Assembly: GCA_963693365.1 (NCBI GenBank)
Contig: CAVNZM010000001.1
Location: 990,054-1,054,053, forward strand
DNA from: Amoebidium appalachense
Taxonomy: Eukaryota > Protista > Ichthyosporea
DNA length: 64,000 nt
Direction: 5' to 3'
Below are positions 12,680 to 23,798 of the stretch, piece by piece. The position numbers and the translations under genes are program-made. The notes under the pieces were generated by a model that did no database searches, was not told the DNA's origin, and was given only the letters and a program-made list of their open reading frames with translations. Numbering within the stretch: the stretch's first letter is position 1; the number at the start of each line of letters is the position of its first letter.

Positions 12680-13735
12680 ACACACAGATAGAACATAGGG
12701 GCTAGGAGCTAGGATACACGGGTACAGGGACACGGAGCTCGGGAGCTCGGGTCACTAGGGCTAAGTACAAATTTTCGCAAGCCACCTACGGCGCCCGCGC
12801 GCGCCACAGAATACATGTCCCTACACAAAGACGTTATTCTGGCCACTGCACATAATTTTACTCCCCACCCATCCCACGAGCCTCCCCCCCCCTTACACTC
12901 ACCTAGCACCCCCCCCCCCCCCCCCCCCCCCCCCTTCTAACTCTGTGTCCACCCGCATCCCCGCGTGCTCGGGCATCCCCTGCACATGGCCCCGCTGTTC
13001 TGCCTGCAACCTCCCTCGGGCCCAGCTGCCCGCACACACAGATAGAACATAGGGGCTAGGTGCTAGGATACACGGGTACAGGGACACGGAGCTCGGGAGC
13101 ACGGGCCACTAGGGCTGAGTACAAATTTTTGCAGGCCACCTACGGCGCCCGCGCGCGCCACAGAATACATGTCCCTACACAAAGACGTTATTCTGGCCAC
13201 TGCACATAATTTTACTCCCCACCCATCCCACGAGCCTCCCCCCCCTTACACTCACCTAGCACTCCCCCCCCCCCCCCCCCCCCCCTTCTAACTCTGTGTC
13301 CGCCCGCATCCCCGCGTGCTCGGGCATCCCCTGCACATGGCCCCGCTGTTCTGCCTGCAACCTCCCTCGGGCCCAGCTGCCCGCACACACAAGATAGAAC
13401 ATAGGGGCTAGGAGCTAGGATACACGGGTACAGGGACACGGAGCTCGGGAGCACGGGCCACTAGGGCTGAGTACAAATTTTTTGCAGGCCACCTACGGCG
13501 CCCGCGCGCGCCACAGAATACATGTCCCTACACAAAAGACGTTATTCTGGCCACTGCACATAATTTTACTCCCCACCCATCCCACGAGCCTCCCCCCCCC
13601 CCCCCTTACACTCACCTAGCACTCCCTCCCCCCCCCCCTTCTAACTCTGTGTCCGCCCGCATCCCTGCGTGCTCGGGCATCCCCTGCACATGGCCCCGCT
13701 GCCCTGCCTGCAACCTCTCTCGGGCCCAGCTGCCC
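12680..13735 (+). repeat. Three tandem copies (~350 bp) of the post-gag segment of YR copy 2
   Basis: CACACAGATAGAACATAGGGGCTAGG...GGGCCCAGCTGCC repeated at ~12682, ~13034, ~13385. Confidence 0.9.
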
Positions 13736-13759
13736 TACTCTAAACCCCCCGGGGCCCTG

Positions 13760-13793
<34 letters not shown>

Positions 13794-14129
13794 CTGCCGG
13801 GGTCTCCCCGAGGGTGCCCCACCCTTGCTAACCACACCTTCCCCCGAGGCTCAGACCCGGAGGCCCAGCCCCCCCTCGGCCACCAGCGCGGCCACCCTCT
13901 TCCCGGACCAATTCCTTGCTGAGTTTCCGGTCCTCCGTTCCTCCCCCATCGGCGCCGTTACTACAAAAAACAAGCCCGGGACCCCAGCTCATTCTCGACG
14001 CAGGCCCCGGCTGCTACATGGCAGTGGCAGACGTGCAGGCTGCCTTCCGGCACATGCCCTCTCCCTTCCCCTGGGCTCAACCCCCCCTCCCCTCCCCCCC
14101 CCCCCCGATCTTCCCTTCCGGAGCAACGC

Positions 14130-15171
14130 TGGCAGATTGGCCCGGCCCCCCCACTTTGCTCCAGCCGTGCTGCTTCGAGCCACCACTACCCTGCAGGAGT
14201 GCCAGGCCCTGAGTCTCAACCTCGACTCTCGGGCCTTCTACTCCCGGGTGCAGAAAGTGTTCATCGATTTTTGTGGCATCTCGGCTGCCATCCTCCTCCG
14301 GGTCCTACCTCCCGGCCTCCCCACACACCGTGCAGCTCTTTCTTGCCTGGTGTGCCCAACAAGGGGTACAGGCCTCTTCCTTGGCCGGCTACAATTCGGC
14401 TATCACCAGACTCCACCTCGACATGGGACTTCCGGCTCCCTACCCCCACGACAAGTCTCTCGCCTGGTTCCTACAAGGGGTGGGCAGATGGCAGCTTTTC
14501 TCACAACATCCGACCCCGATCATCTCCCAGAGAACCCCTCCTGCCCTCCCACCTCGGCCTACTCCATGGCCAGTGCCCCACCCAGGCCTCCTCAGCCAAT
14601 CGCCGGCTTTGGACGGCCCTCATCGACGGTTTTTGTGGTCTCCTCCGTTCGTGGGAATTTACCTCCAAGACCCTGACTTCCTTCGACCCGTCCCGTCACG
14701 TGAAATGGAAGGACGTGACCTTCAGCTACACCCCCACCAGTACTTTGTCCCATGCCACCCTCCACCTGCCAACCTCCAAGATGGATGTACAGCCCTAAGT
14801 GTCAACGTCACTCTAGCTGCCCTGCCTCTCACCCACTTCTCCCCAGCCCATCTCCTCCGGCAGTTCCTGGATCCGACATCCGGTCAACCTGACGACCCCC
14901 TGTTCAGTCTCGGTGGCATTCCCTACACCAAGGGTGTTTTCTCTGACGACTTCCGTGCCCTCCTCTCCCGGGCGGGCCTCTCACCCTCCCGGTTTGCCGG
15001 CCACAGTCTCCGAATTGGGGGGGCCACAGCCCTGGCCGAGGCCGGGGTCGACAACTCCAGGATCCAACAACTTGGCAGATGATCTTCCGACTGTTCCCTG
15101 ATCTATACTCGACTTCGCCGGCCCCCATGGCTGCCACTAACAAACGTGTATTTGCCTCTATCCTTAAGTGA
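14130..15171 (+). pseudogene. Frameshifted tyrosine recombinase of YR copy 2
   Basis: Homologous to 8174-9091 with frameshifts and stops; GHSLRIGGA retained. Confidence 0.88.
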
Positions 15172-16112
15172 AACCTTTGGAGCAAGCATACTGCTCTCGT
15201 GCCGTGGTTTACAACCATTGCAGGTTCACTTTCGTCCAAGGGGATGTCCCCCTAGAGGCAACACACGTCCCGGAGTAGTTTTCATAGAGGTTTTATTTGT
15301 GGAATTTATTGACATAAATATTTTTCTGGGTAAACACGTAGGATGGGTGTTTGATATTGACATAACCATGTAGGCTTCGTTTCGTGTTTTAGCAGTTTGC
15401 GATTGGCCGCTCGCACACGGGCACCTATTAGCTAATCAAAACATCAGATTCCACATATCGCTAGACCGATTTTGATTGGTTCGATTCAGATTCACATATC
15501 ACTGGATCGATTTTCAATTGGCTCAGGTCGGTAGGCTTAGGTATATAAGCAAGACAGTTTTCAGCAGATCAGCAAGCTACAAACACATCTTCTGTGTTGA
15601 GCACCTACAGCCTTTACGGCTATACATTTTCTTTTCACCCACCCACCTACACCCACACACACCCCCATTGATCCACACATGCGTGCTGTTTTTTCACGGG
15701 GCGAAGACTTCCCCCGTTTTTTGGGCACAAGGACCTCACGGATCAATAAATTGATGACTGGGGGCTTGCCGTGGTTTACAACCATTGCAGGTTCACTTTC
15801 GTCCAAGGGGATGTCCCCCTAGAGGCAACACACGTCCCGGAGTAGTTTTCATAGAGAGATATTTATGTACACACGAACATGTACACGTCTCTCCCTGAGT
15901 GGGTGGATCCGTGTACACACATATAAATATTCTAATCGATATCACAATACACGATTAGAGCCGATACAACACGATTACAAGTATACAAGCATATCGGAGA
16001 TCGATGCTACACTTTACATAATAGGAGTGTGGCATTTACACTAAGCAAATGAACTGAAACATAACACAAACTGAGAAGATCTTACCATTTGTAAATACTA
16101 CGTATTACAACA

Positions 16113-16604
16113 TACATCTATAGATCTTGTTATGCATTCCTGTCTATTAATACACGTGTTATGATTGGACACTATAGAGATGTATGGAATTCGGTTTATC
16201 GCAATGTGTCTTCACTTTGAGAGTGTCCACTATTACGAAATATACGTATTTAAATGAGACGAGTATAAATATATATGTGTATTAATAGTGACTAGATGTG
16301 TAATTACTTAATTTATTTAAGTAAGAGTTTCTAAGCTTTAGTTAGGTCGGAAGTTGGAATGCGTATGCTCTGTCGGAATGTGTTTTCCTATCATCTGATA
16401 GAACCGATTGGTTCTCCCCTTTAGTTGAGATAAGATGCTAAGTTGCAAGTACAAAAAGACCCGGGAACACAATAAAAGGTTAGTTGTTGTTTGAAATCTT
16501 TCATGTGTCGTGAACAACTCCGATTGCCCTCTCTTTATTGTGTTGGTCGTGTTTTACATGACACCTCTGTGCACTCTGCTCCCTTAGACCCGTACAAAAC
16601 AACA
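16113..16604 (+). repeat. 3' part of a family C LTR (short upstream piece at 9600-9638)
   Basis: Reverse-complement homology to 25366-25900; ends CAAAACAACA. Confidence 0.85.
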
Positions 16605-16826
<222 letters not shown>

Positions 16827-17218
16827 AAACACACCCACCCAACCCCACCCACCCACCCACACACCCACACACCCACACAAACACACAAACACATACACAC
16901 GCACGCTCACATTTACCACTTCTTCAACTTGTGCTGGTGCAGCTCTTCTTCTGCCAGATGCATACTCATTGTGTGCTCTTTGCAAGGTCTGCTTTGTGTT
17001 GTCCACGGCAAATGTGTACTATGTGCTCCATAACATTATCGTTAAACAACCCGACTTGACTCCCCCCCTCCCCCCCTCCCCCCCCCCCCCCCCCCGTGGC
17101 CCCTTTGCCTCCCGCCTCACTCAGTCCCCCCCGCCCCCTCACCCTGCTCATTTACCACACAAGTAAATTTATGTGCACAGTGCGCATGCACGTACTTACA
17201 CACACAACACACACACGT

Positions 17219-17270
<52 letters not shown>

Positions 17271-17899
17271 AACTTTGAAGTATTTCAGAGGTTACTATTG
17301 GGGCCAAAGTTATCCTGCTGAATTTGCAGTGTCCGTGTGTGTATCTGTGTGGCGGGAAATGTATGTGGTGTGTGATGTGGGTGAGTGTATCTACATGTTC
17401 ATATCGGGTGCTTATTGCTGGTCATAGTTCGTGCACCTCGTGTGCATGTGTGGTACATCTGTGTGCGGTACGTGTGAAATGAATACGTGTGAAAGTGTGT
17501 GCTGTGTGTGCACGGTGGGGCGACTAGAGACGAGTGCGAGAGGGAGGGCGGGGGAGGGGGGGGAGGGGGAAGGGGGGGCCCGGGGGGGGGAGGGGGGGGA
17601 GGGGGGGGGGTATGACCTTACGGCATCGCTTGAGTTTCAGGTGATCAAGAGTGACTTCTATTAGTTAGCCTCAATGTTGACGTTTTGGGAATGTATATAA
17701 ACTCCTCTAAATCATAGTACTATATATACTCAGGTTATCTGAAATGATCATACGATTGCAGCCTATGGGGTGGCCTAGGGTGGGTTCCCCCTTCCTCCCC
17801 CCCCCAGAGGGGGGGGGGAGGGGGAGACCACCTACTCAGGTGGGTGGTGGGTCCTCCCCCCCGGAGGAGGGGGTGGACCCACCTGTCCAAGGGGGTGGG

Positions 17900-18676
17900 T
17901 GTCATCTTCCCATGATTACCGGCAAGACTTAGAAGTTGAGTTTTATATATGTTTATCAGTTTGTTGTAGTTTGTTTCCTTTTCCCTTTTCCTTTCTTCCT
18001 TTCTTTCTTTCCTTTCTGTTTCCGTGTGCACCGATATCTTAGATCTGTGTACACATCGAGATATTTAGCCCGCGCACACGTATTGTCGTTTGTGTCAATG
18101 TCTAAATATGTCATCCAATCAGATCTCGTTGTATTTTCCCAAATATAGTAACCTACATTCCTCATTAATTCTATTCGATTCCTTTCCCATTCCTTTTCCT
18201 TCTATTCCCACGACGTAGCATTGTTCTATGTTTCCCAACTATTAGGAATAATTATATTTAGACGTGTTATGATAAGAACATGTATAAATATATGATGTGA
18301 ACTAATAGATACATAAATGGTTTCATTTTGTTAAATGTTTCTGTACTTTTATGAGAAGATTACCTTCATTAGAGGATTGCGTTTTATCTTCTATGTGTCG
18401 ACAGGCATTTCGATCAATTTATTTTACCCTCATATTTTGCGTCTTTCTGATTGGAAAATAGAGTTTTCGTTCTTTTGATTGGTTTATCGATTTCACATTC
18501 CTGAGTATAAAAGGAACTTCACCTTGGAATAAATATCAAGCAGTCGAATTCATTTCCTATGGTCCCAGTAATCGTTCCACCTCTCCGGTTGTGTTTCTCC
18601 CGTGTGTCTCTGTGTTGTGTATAACATAACACCCATCTGTGCACTCTGCTTCCCCGTTTACCCACACAAAACAATA
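17900..18676 (+). repeat. Solo LTR, family B
   Basis: TGTCATC...ACAATA with TSD GTGGG (17895-99, 18677-81). Confidence 0.92.
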
Positions 18677-18849
18677 GTGGGTGGGTCCCCCCCCCCCCCC
18701 CCCCCCTCTTCCAGTCTAGCTACTACCCCCCTCCCCGTTTCAAAATTGAAGAATCCTTATTATGTGCTTTTTGATTTTAAGCGCGGGATGGGATACCCTA
18801 GCTGCTATTGGGACCAGACCACATATCGAGAGCGTTACGGACCCAGGTT

Positions 18850-20110
18850 TGCAACAGTTGTTAGATAGAAAAGAGACAACTTCTACTTCAAGGAGACTTG
18901 CCTAGAGTTTAAGCGCTCTCGTTCTCTCATTTTTGATTCAAGCGGTCAGAAGCGGCAGCCCATATTCACATGCCGATGCGACTAAAGGTAAGTCGAATAA
19001 AAGGATGGAAGGGTATGGTTTTAAAAACATTTGCCGAGAACAAAGCTAGGCGTTTGCGGCCACGCAGCTCTACCCTCTTTTCAACCATGTGGGAAAACAT
19101 AACACCAACAGAATTAACTAAGACACCAATATATTTGTATTCTGGGATTAAAGGCACATGCTTAGATTTATAATGTATATATTTGTAAATTGTTAGCTAT
19201 ATCCGGTACAAGAACACCACATTTGTCTATGTTGAGAATCAAGTTTTGCCTTGCACCACTCTGAGATACATAATATCTAACAATCTTTGCAGGCATCTAA
19301 GAGCACGAGCAAAGAGGGAATAACCATCAGCATAGAGAAGTGCAGGCGGAAATTAATAACTTAAACATTGATGTTCGGCATAAATCTCGAACAGCCAAAT
19401 CATCATAAATTAGGTTAAACAGGAAACCGACTAAATTAAATGCATGTTCGGATGGGTTTTATTTGTGGAATTTATTGACATAAATATTTTTCTGGGTAAA
19501 CACGTAGGATGGGTGTTCGATATTGACATAACCATGTAGGCTTCGTTTCGTGTTTTAGCAGTTTGCGATTGGCCGCTCGCACACGGGCACCTATTAGCTA
19601 ATCAAAACATCAGATTCCACATATCGCTAGACCGATTTTGATTGGTTCGATTCAGATTCACATATCACTGGATCGATTTTCAATTGGCTCAGGTCGGTAG
19701 GCTTAGGTATATAAGCAAGACAGTTTTCAGCAGATCAGCAAGCTACAAACACATCTTCTGTGTTGAGCACCTACAGCCCTTACGGCTATACATTTTCTTT
19801 TCACACTCCGTGACAACTCTTGACACGAGCTTCTGTCACACCTTGACAATCGTGCCATCCTTGCAAGTTCAGCTTGCCCTCGTGTCCTCCTCGCAAGTTA
19901 GGCTTGCACTCCTGCAATAACCATCAGCATAGAGAAGTGCAGGCGGAAATTAATAACTTAAACATTGATGTTCGGCATAAATCTCGAACAGCCAAATCAT
20001 CATAAATTAGGTTAAACAGGAAACCGACTAAATTAAATGCATGTTCGGATGTTAAGGAATTAACGACACCCAAAAAAGCCACGCAGAACACACGTGCATC
20101 CATAGTTTGA
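18850..20110 (-). pseudogene. Decayed non-LTR (LINE-like) reverse transcriptase; boundaries approximate
   Basis: Minus-strand FLFNLIYDDL, PALLYADG (YADD-like), KCGVL and EYKYIGV in LINE RT order, with many lesions. Confidence 0.6.
19455..19915 (+). mobile_element. 5' fragment of YR element (A repeat plus leader)
   Basis: Nearly identical to 10929-11389; flanked by 136-bp direct repeats 19319-19454 and 19916-20051. Confidence 0.9.
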
Positions 20111-21129
20111 ACATTATTTGCTGCCGTGCAAGTGCCTAGGTAGATATTTCATTTTACACCCAAAAACGTTTGCTGTGGTCCACTTCCTTTATCACCCCTA
20201 GTAAAAAGAACAAAAAAGGTAGCCCGGAGGCATATAGTTGACCAATAACTTTGCACAGCAAACGAACACACTTGGGGGAGGGGGAAAGGGGGGGGGGGGG
20301 GGGGGTGCTGGCTATTCCAGTACTACTCTTTAATTTCGAATTTAAATGGTTTTTGCGTTCTCATCATAGTCTATCATATATGTTATTTCTTTGAATTCCC
20401 GTGTCTCTCTCTCCCTCTCTGGCCTCTTTACGGTGGTTGGTATGCATGTCGGTGGATATCGGTCACCTGGCCCGGCTTCCTAGATCTGGAAACAACACAG
20501 CGGCATGATGAGGAGTGCACGGAATTTACTTTGTCATTCTTTCCTGACATAGTTCGGTTTTATTTGTAGACATGTATTTATTGACATAAATATTTTTCTG
20601 GGTAAACACGTAGGATGGGTGTCCGATACTCAACATAACTATGTAGGCTTCGTTTCGTGTTTTAGCAGTTCGTGTTCGACTGCCCGCATACGGGCACCTA
20701 TTAGCCGATCAAAAACGTCAGATTCCACAGATCACTAGACCGAGTTTGATTGGCTCAGGATCAGATTTCACATAACACGAGATCGATTTTGATTGGCTCA
20801 GATCGGTAGCCTTAGGTATATAAGCACGACAGTTTTTTAGCAGATCAGCAAGCAACAGACACATCTTCTGTGTTTAGCACCTACAGCTTTACAGCTATAT
20901 TTTCTTTCATTCTCCCTATCTTTCCCTACGCCGGTCAGCATGCCGCCGGAAAAGCGCCAGGCCTCAGCCACCGCCCCTGCCGCGGCACCTAAGCGCCTGA
21001 CCCGCAGCGACCTCCGCCACAGGCTGACCAACGCTCCCGCGGGCACTGACTGTTGGAAGATGGTATCGTTATCCAGTCCGATAGCATGAATCAGATCATG
21101 ATCGGCTGGTGGCCTGCGAGATCTTAACC

Positions 21130-21202
21130 GATCTCGTAGCTCAGTTGGTAGAGCACTCGACCGGAGATAGAGGGGTCGCGGGTTCAAATCCCGTCGGGAT
21201 CA
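21130..21202 (+). tRNA. tRNA-like gene (tRNA-Phe-derived; anticodon loop CCGGAGA) in TRIM 5' LTR
   Basis: Acceptor GATCTCG/CGGGATC+A; D arm GCTC/GAGC; T arm GCGGG-TTCAAAT-CCCGT; A and B boxes; TTTTT 3 nt downstream. Confidence 0.85.
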
Positions 21203-21339
21203 TCTTTTTCTCATCCTCTTCTCGCTGGGGTAAAAGCCAGCACGCCTTTACTGGCGTCATCACAACCATCGGCAGTGGTTAGGTTGTGATCTCAAGACTA
21301 GCAAGATCGCTAGTCTCTGCACCAGGACAAAATCCAAAA

Positions 21340-21357
21340 TGGTAGCACGAACAGGGG
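21340..21357 (+). promoter_or_regulatory. Primer binding site, probably for the 3' end of initiator tRNA-Met
   Basis: TGGTAGCACGAACAGGGG directly after LTR; implies primer ...TGCTA-CCA (A1:U72 type, as in TGGTAGC iMet PBSs). Confidence 0.75.
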
Positions 21358-21499
21358 TTCAGTGGGGACTGAGGGGGCAGTCCACCCTAACCTGATTCTG
21401 CGATTCGTCCTGAGTGGGGATGTTGGAAGATGGTATCGTTATCCAGTCCGATAGCATGAATCAGATCATGATCGGCTGGTGGCCTGCGAGATCTTAACC

Positions 21500-21572
21500 G
21501 ATCTCGTAGCTCAGTTGGTAGAGCACTCGACCGGAGATAGAGGGGTCGCGGGTTCAAATCCCGTCGGGATCA
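21500..21572 (+). tRNA. Identical tRNA-like gene in TRIM 3' LTR
   Basis: Same sequence as 21130-21202. Confidence 0.85.
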
Positions 21573-22832
21573 TCTTTTTCTCATCCTCTTCTCGCTGGGG
21601 TAAAAGCCAGCACGCCTTTACTGGCGTCATCACAACCATCGGCAGTGGTTAGGTTGTGATCTCAAGGCTAGCAAGATCGCTAGTCTCTGCACCAGGACAA
21701 AATCCAAAACTGACGCGCCTCCGGAGGCCCTAACCGCTACGGACCATCCGGCTACTCGCCACAGGCTGACCAACGCTCCCGCGGGCACTGACGCGCCTCC
21801 CGAGGCCCTAACCGCTACGGACCCTCCGGCTACTCTCCCCTCTACTCCTGAAGTCCCTCCTCAGGACCCGCCATCCCCGCCAATGACTTCTCAGGACGCC
21901 GTCCTTGCCGCCCTCACCGCCCTCAGCACCCAGATGGCCGGCGTCCTGGCCGCTCTCACCAACCGCGACCCTCCCGCGCCCCCAGCCACACCCCCCGCAC
22001 CCGTGGAGGTTTCCCCGGGGCTGCATCTCGGCCCTGACCTGGACCTACCTGCCCTGCCCGCGCCCCCCATTACAGGTGAGAACACTGGCGACATTCAGCC
22101 AGGCACACTGCCGCTTCCCCCCGCGGATGTGCTGGCAGATTTGCGCGCCAATCGCTTCGTCGACCTGTATAAGTTCACCCCCGCAGCCCTCCTGGCCCCA
22201 TCCAAGAAAGATCAGCAGCTGCGCATGACCGACGACGGCAGCATCGAGACTTTTCGCAATGACAAACCCGTCCCCCTGCGTTCCCTCGTCATTTGGATCC
22301 AAGCTTGGACCCATTACATGGCCGCCAAGCATCACCTCGACCTCCCCACGGACAAGGACGTATTTTGGACTCAGCACATCACTCGCCTCAGCACCTGATA
22401 CCCGTAGGCCCAGATCCACAACTACGACGTGTACGCCCGTACAGTTGCCCACCAGCAGGGTCGGGCCCCGATCGAGTGTCCCAACGGATCTCCTCCTGCC
22501 ACCCACTCTGCTCATCCCGGACGCATGTCAGCGCTGCGGCTTCCCCCGGCCACCCCAGCGCGGCCTGCCCCATGTACCCCAAGCCCGGCTGTGGTCTTGA
22601 TGGCTTCGAGCCGCCCCACAAGCCCGGCGGGGGACAAACCCCCAACCGCTCTGGCCCGCAACCCGGCCCGGCACCACCGGCCCGACCCGTGGATCTACCC
22701 GCGACACACTGCAGGAATTTCCACATCAACGGTCGGTCCTGCGCTAAGCAGCCCTGCCCCTTCTCCCACGTGTGCCCGCTCTGCTCTGGCACACACCCCC
22801 GCAAAGACTGCAAGCACAATGCCTAGTCTACG

Positions 22833-23757
22833 TGTTAACTTGTATAAGTATTTGAAATGAAAGCAGAGACACAGTGGTGCAGTGTAAAAACACCACAGAC
22901 ACACACAACAACAAAACACGGAACGATCGGAGCAGTGTACACAACAGACATCAATGTTTAGACACGACTGAACTGAATTTATTCTGATCTTCGAATAAAT
23001 ACTTGAAATTCCTCTAAGTCCAATCCATACATGATTTCCGACCAGTCGGAAATCAGATCTATCTCTAATAGAAACCAATCACTAAGAACCAATTGCTTTC
23101 AGAGAGATCCGGTACGCGGAGACGCACACGATAGGACACAGACACTAGTTAAGGTCAACTCGTGTCATCATCAAGGAAATTCTAACCTATGACATACTGC
23201 AAAGACTCAGACATATCACACTTAACCTTGATGATTGGTTAAAGCCCGGCAACACATGAAAACTAAAGTGAATTAATGAAGTCTAAACACACATGCTATT
23301 CTAAGTGTAGCCTAAGTGTGTTACCGTCCAATGAACACGTATTAAGTAACACAAATCTACCTAACATATATTAGTAGAAAAGAAATACGATTATACACAT
23401 GAAGACAAAGAGAGAAAGAAAAGAAAATAAGGAAGGAGAAAGAGGAAGGAAAAGAGAGCACAGATCAACAAACAAGATAGCAATGTCATAACTATAACCA
23501 GAGATATTTATGTACACACGAACATGTACACGTCTCCCCCTGAGTGGGTGGATCCATGTACACACATATAAATATTCTAATCGATATTACAACACACGAT
23601 TAAAGCCGATACAAGACGATTACAAGTATACAAGCATATCGGAGATCGATGCTACACTTTACGTAATAGGAGTGTAGCTTTTACACTAAGCATATGAACT
23701 GAAACATAACACAAACTGAGAAGATCTTACCATATGTAAATACTAAGTATTACAACA
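22833..23757 (-). repeat. Solo LTR, family A
   Basis: TG...CA with TSD CTACG (22828-32, 23758-62). Confidence 0.93.
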
Positions 23758-23798
23758 CTACGCGCACACCCACACACACACATAGAACATAGGGGCTA

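Larger units (their letters stand above)
10930..15856 (+). mobile_element. Ngaro/PAT-like YR retroelement copy 2 with complete termini A1-...-B1-A2-spacer-B2
   Basis: A1 10930-11278 = A2 15290-15638 (349 bp); B1 15200-15289 = B2 15767-15856 (90 bp); gag and RT remnants (SSPIGAV..K, AVADVQAAFRH). Confidence 0.92.
9639..16112 (-). mobile_element. Deleted family A copia inserted in an LTR-C; its 5' LTR is split by YR copy 2
   Basis: TSD TACAT (9634-38, 16113-17); partial 3' LTR 9639-10180; PBS near 10246; 5' LTR 10259-10929 + 15857-16112. Confidence 0.87.
21051..21709 (+). mobile_element. TRIM-like miniature LTR retrotransposon with tRNA-bearing LTRs
   Basis: LTRs 21051-21339 and 21421-21709 (289 bp, one difference seen), TGTTGGA...TCCAAAA; PBS at 21340; PPT GAGTGGGGA 21412-21420; TSD CTGAC; empty site visible at ~5826 and ~21788. 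Confidence 0.92.
20557..23798 (+). mobile_element. 5' part of YR element copy 3 (A1 and gag pseudogene 20940-22826), interrupted by the TRIM and LTR-A
   Basis: Homology to 5640-6925; stop and frameshifts in gag. Confidence 0.88.

Noticed and set aside
21130-21572. Pair of ordinary tandem tRNA-Ser(GGA) genes or SINEs
   Set aside because: C33, short variable loop and Phe-like body; the pair is explained by LTR duplication with PBS, PPT and TSD; no SINE tail.
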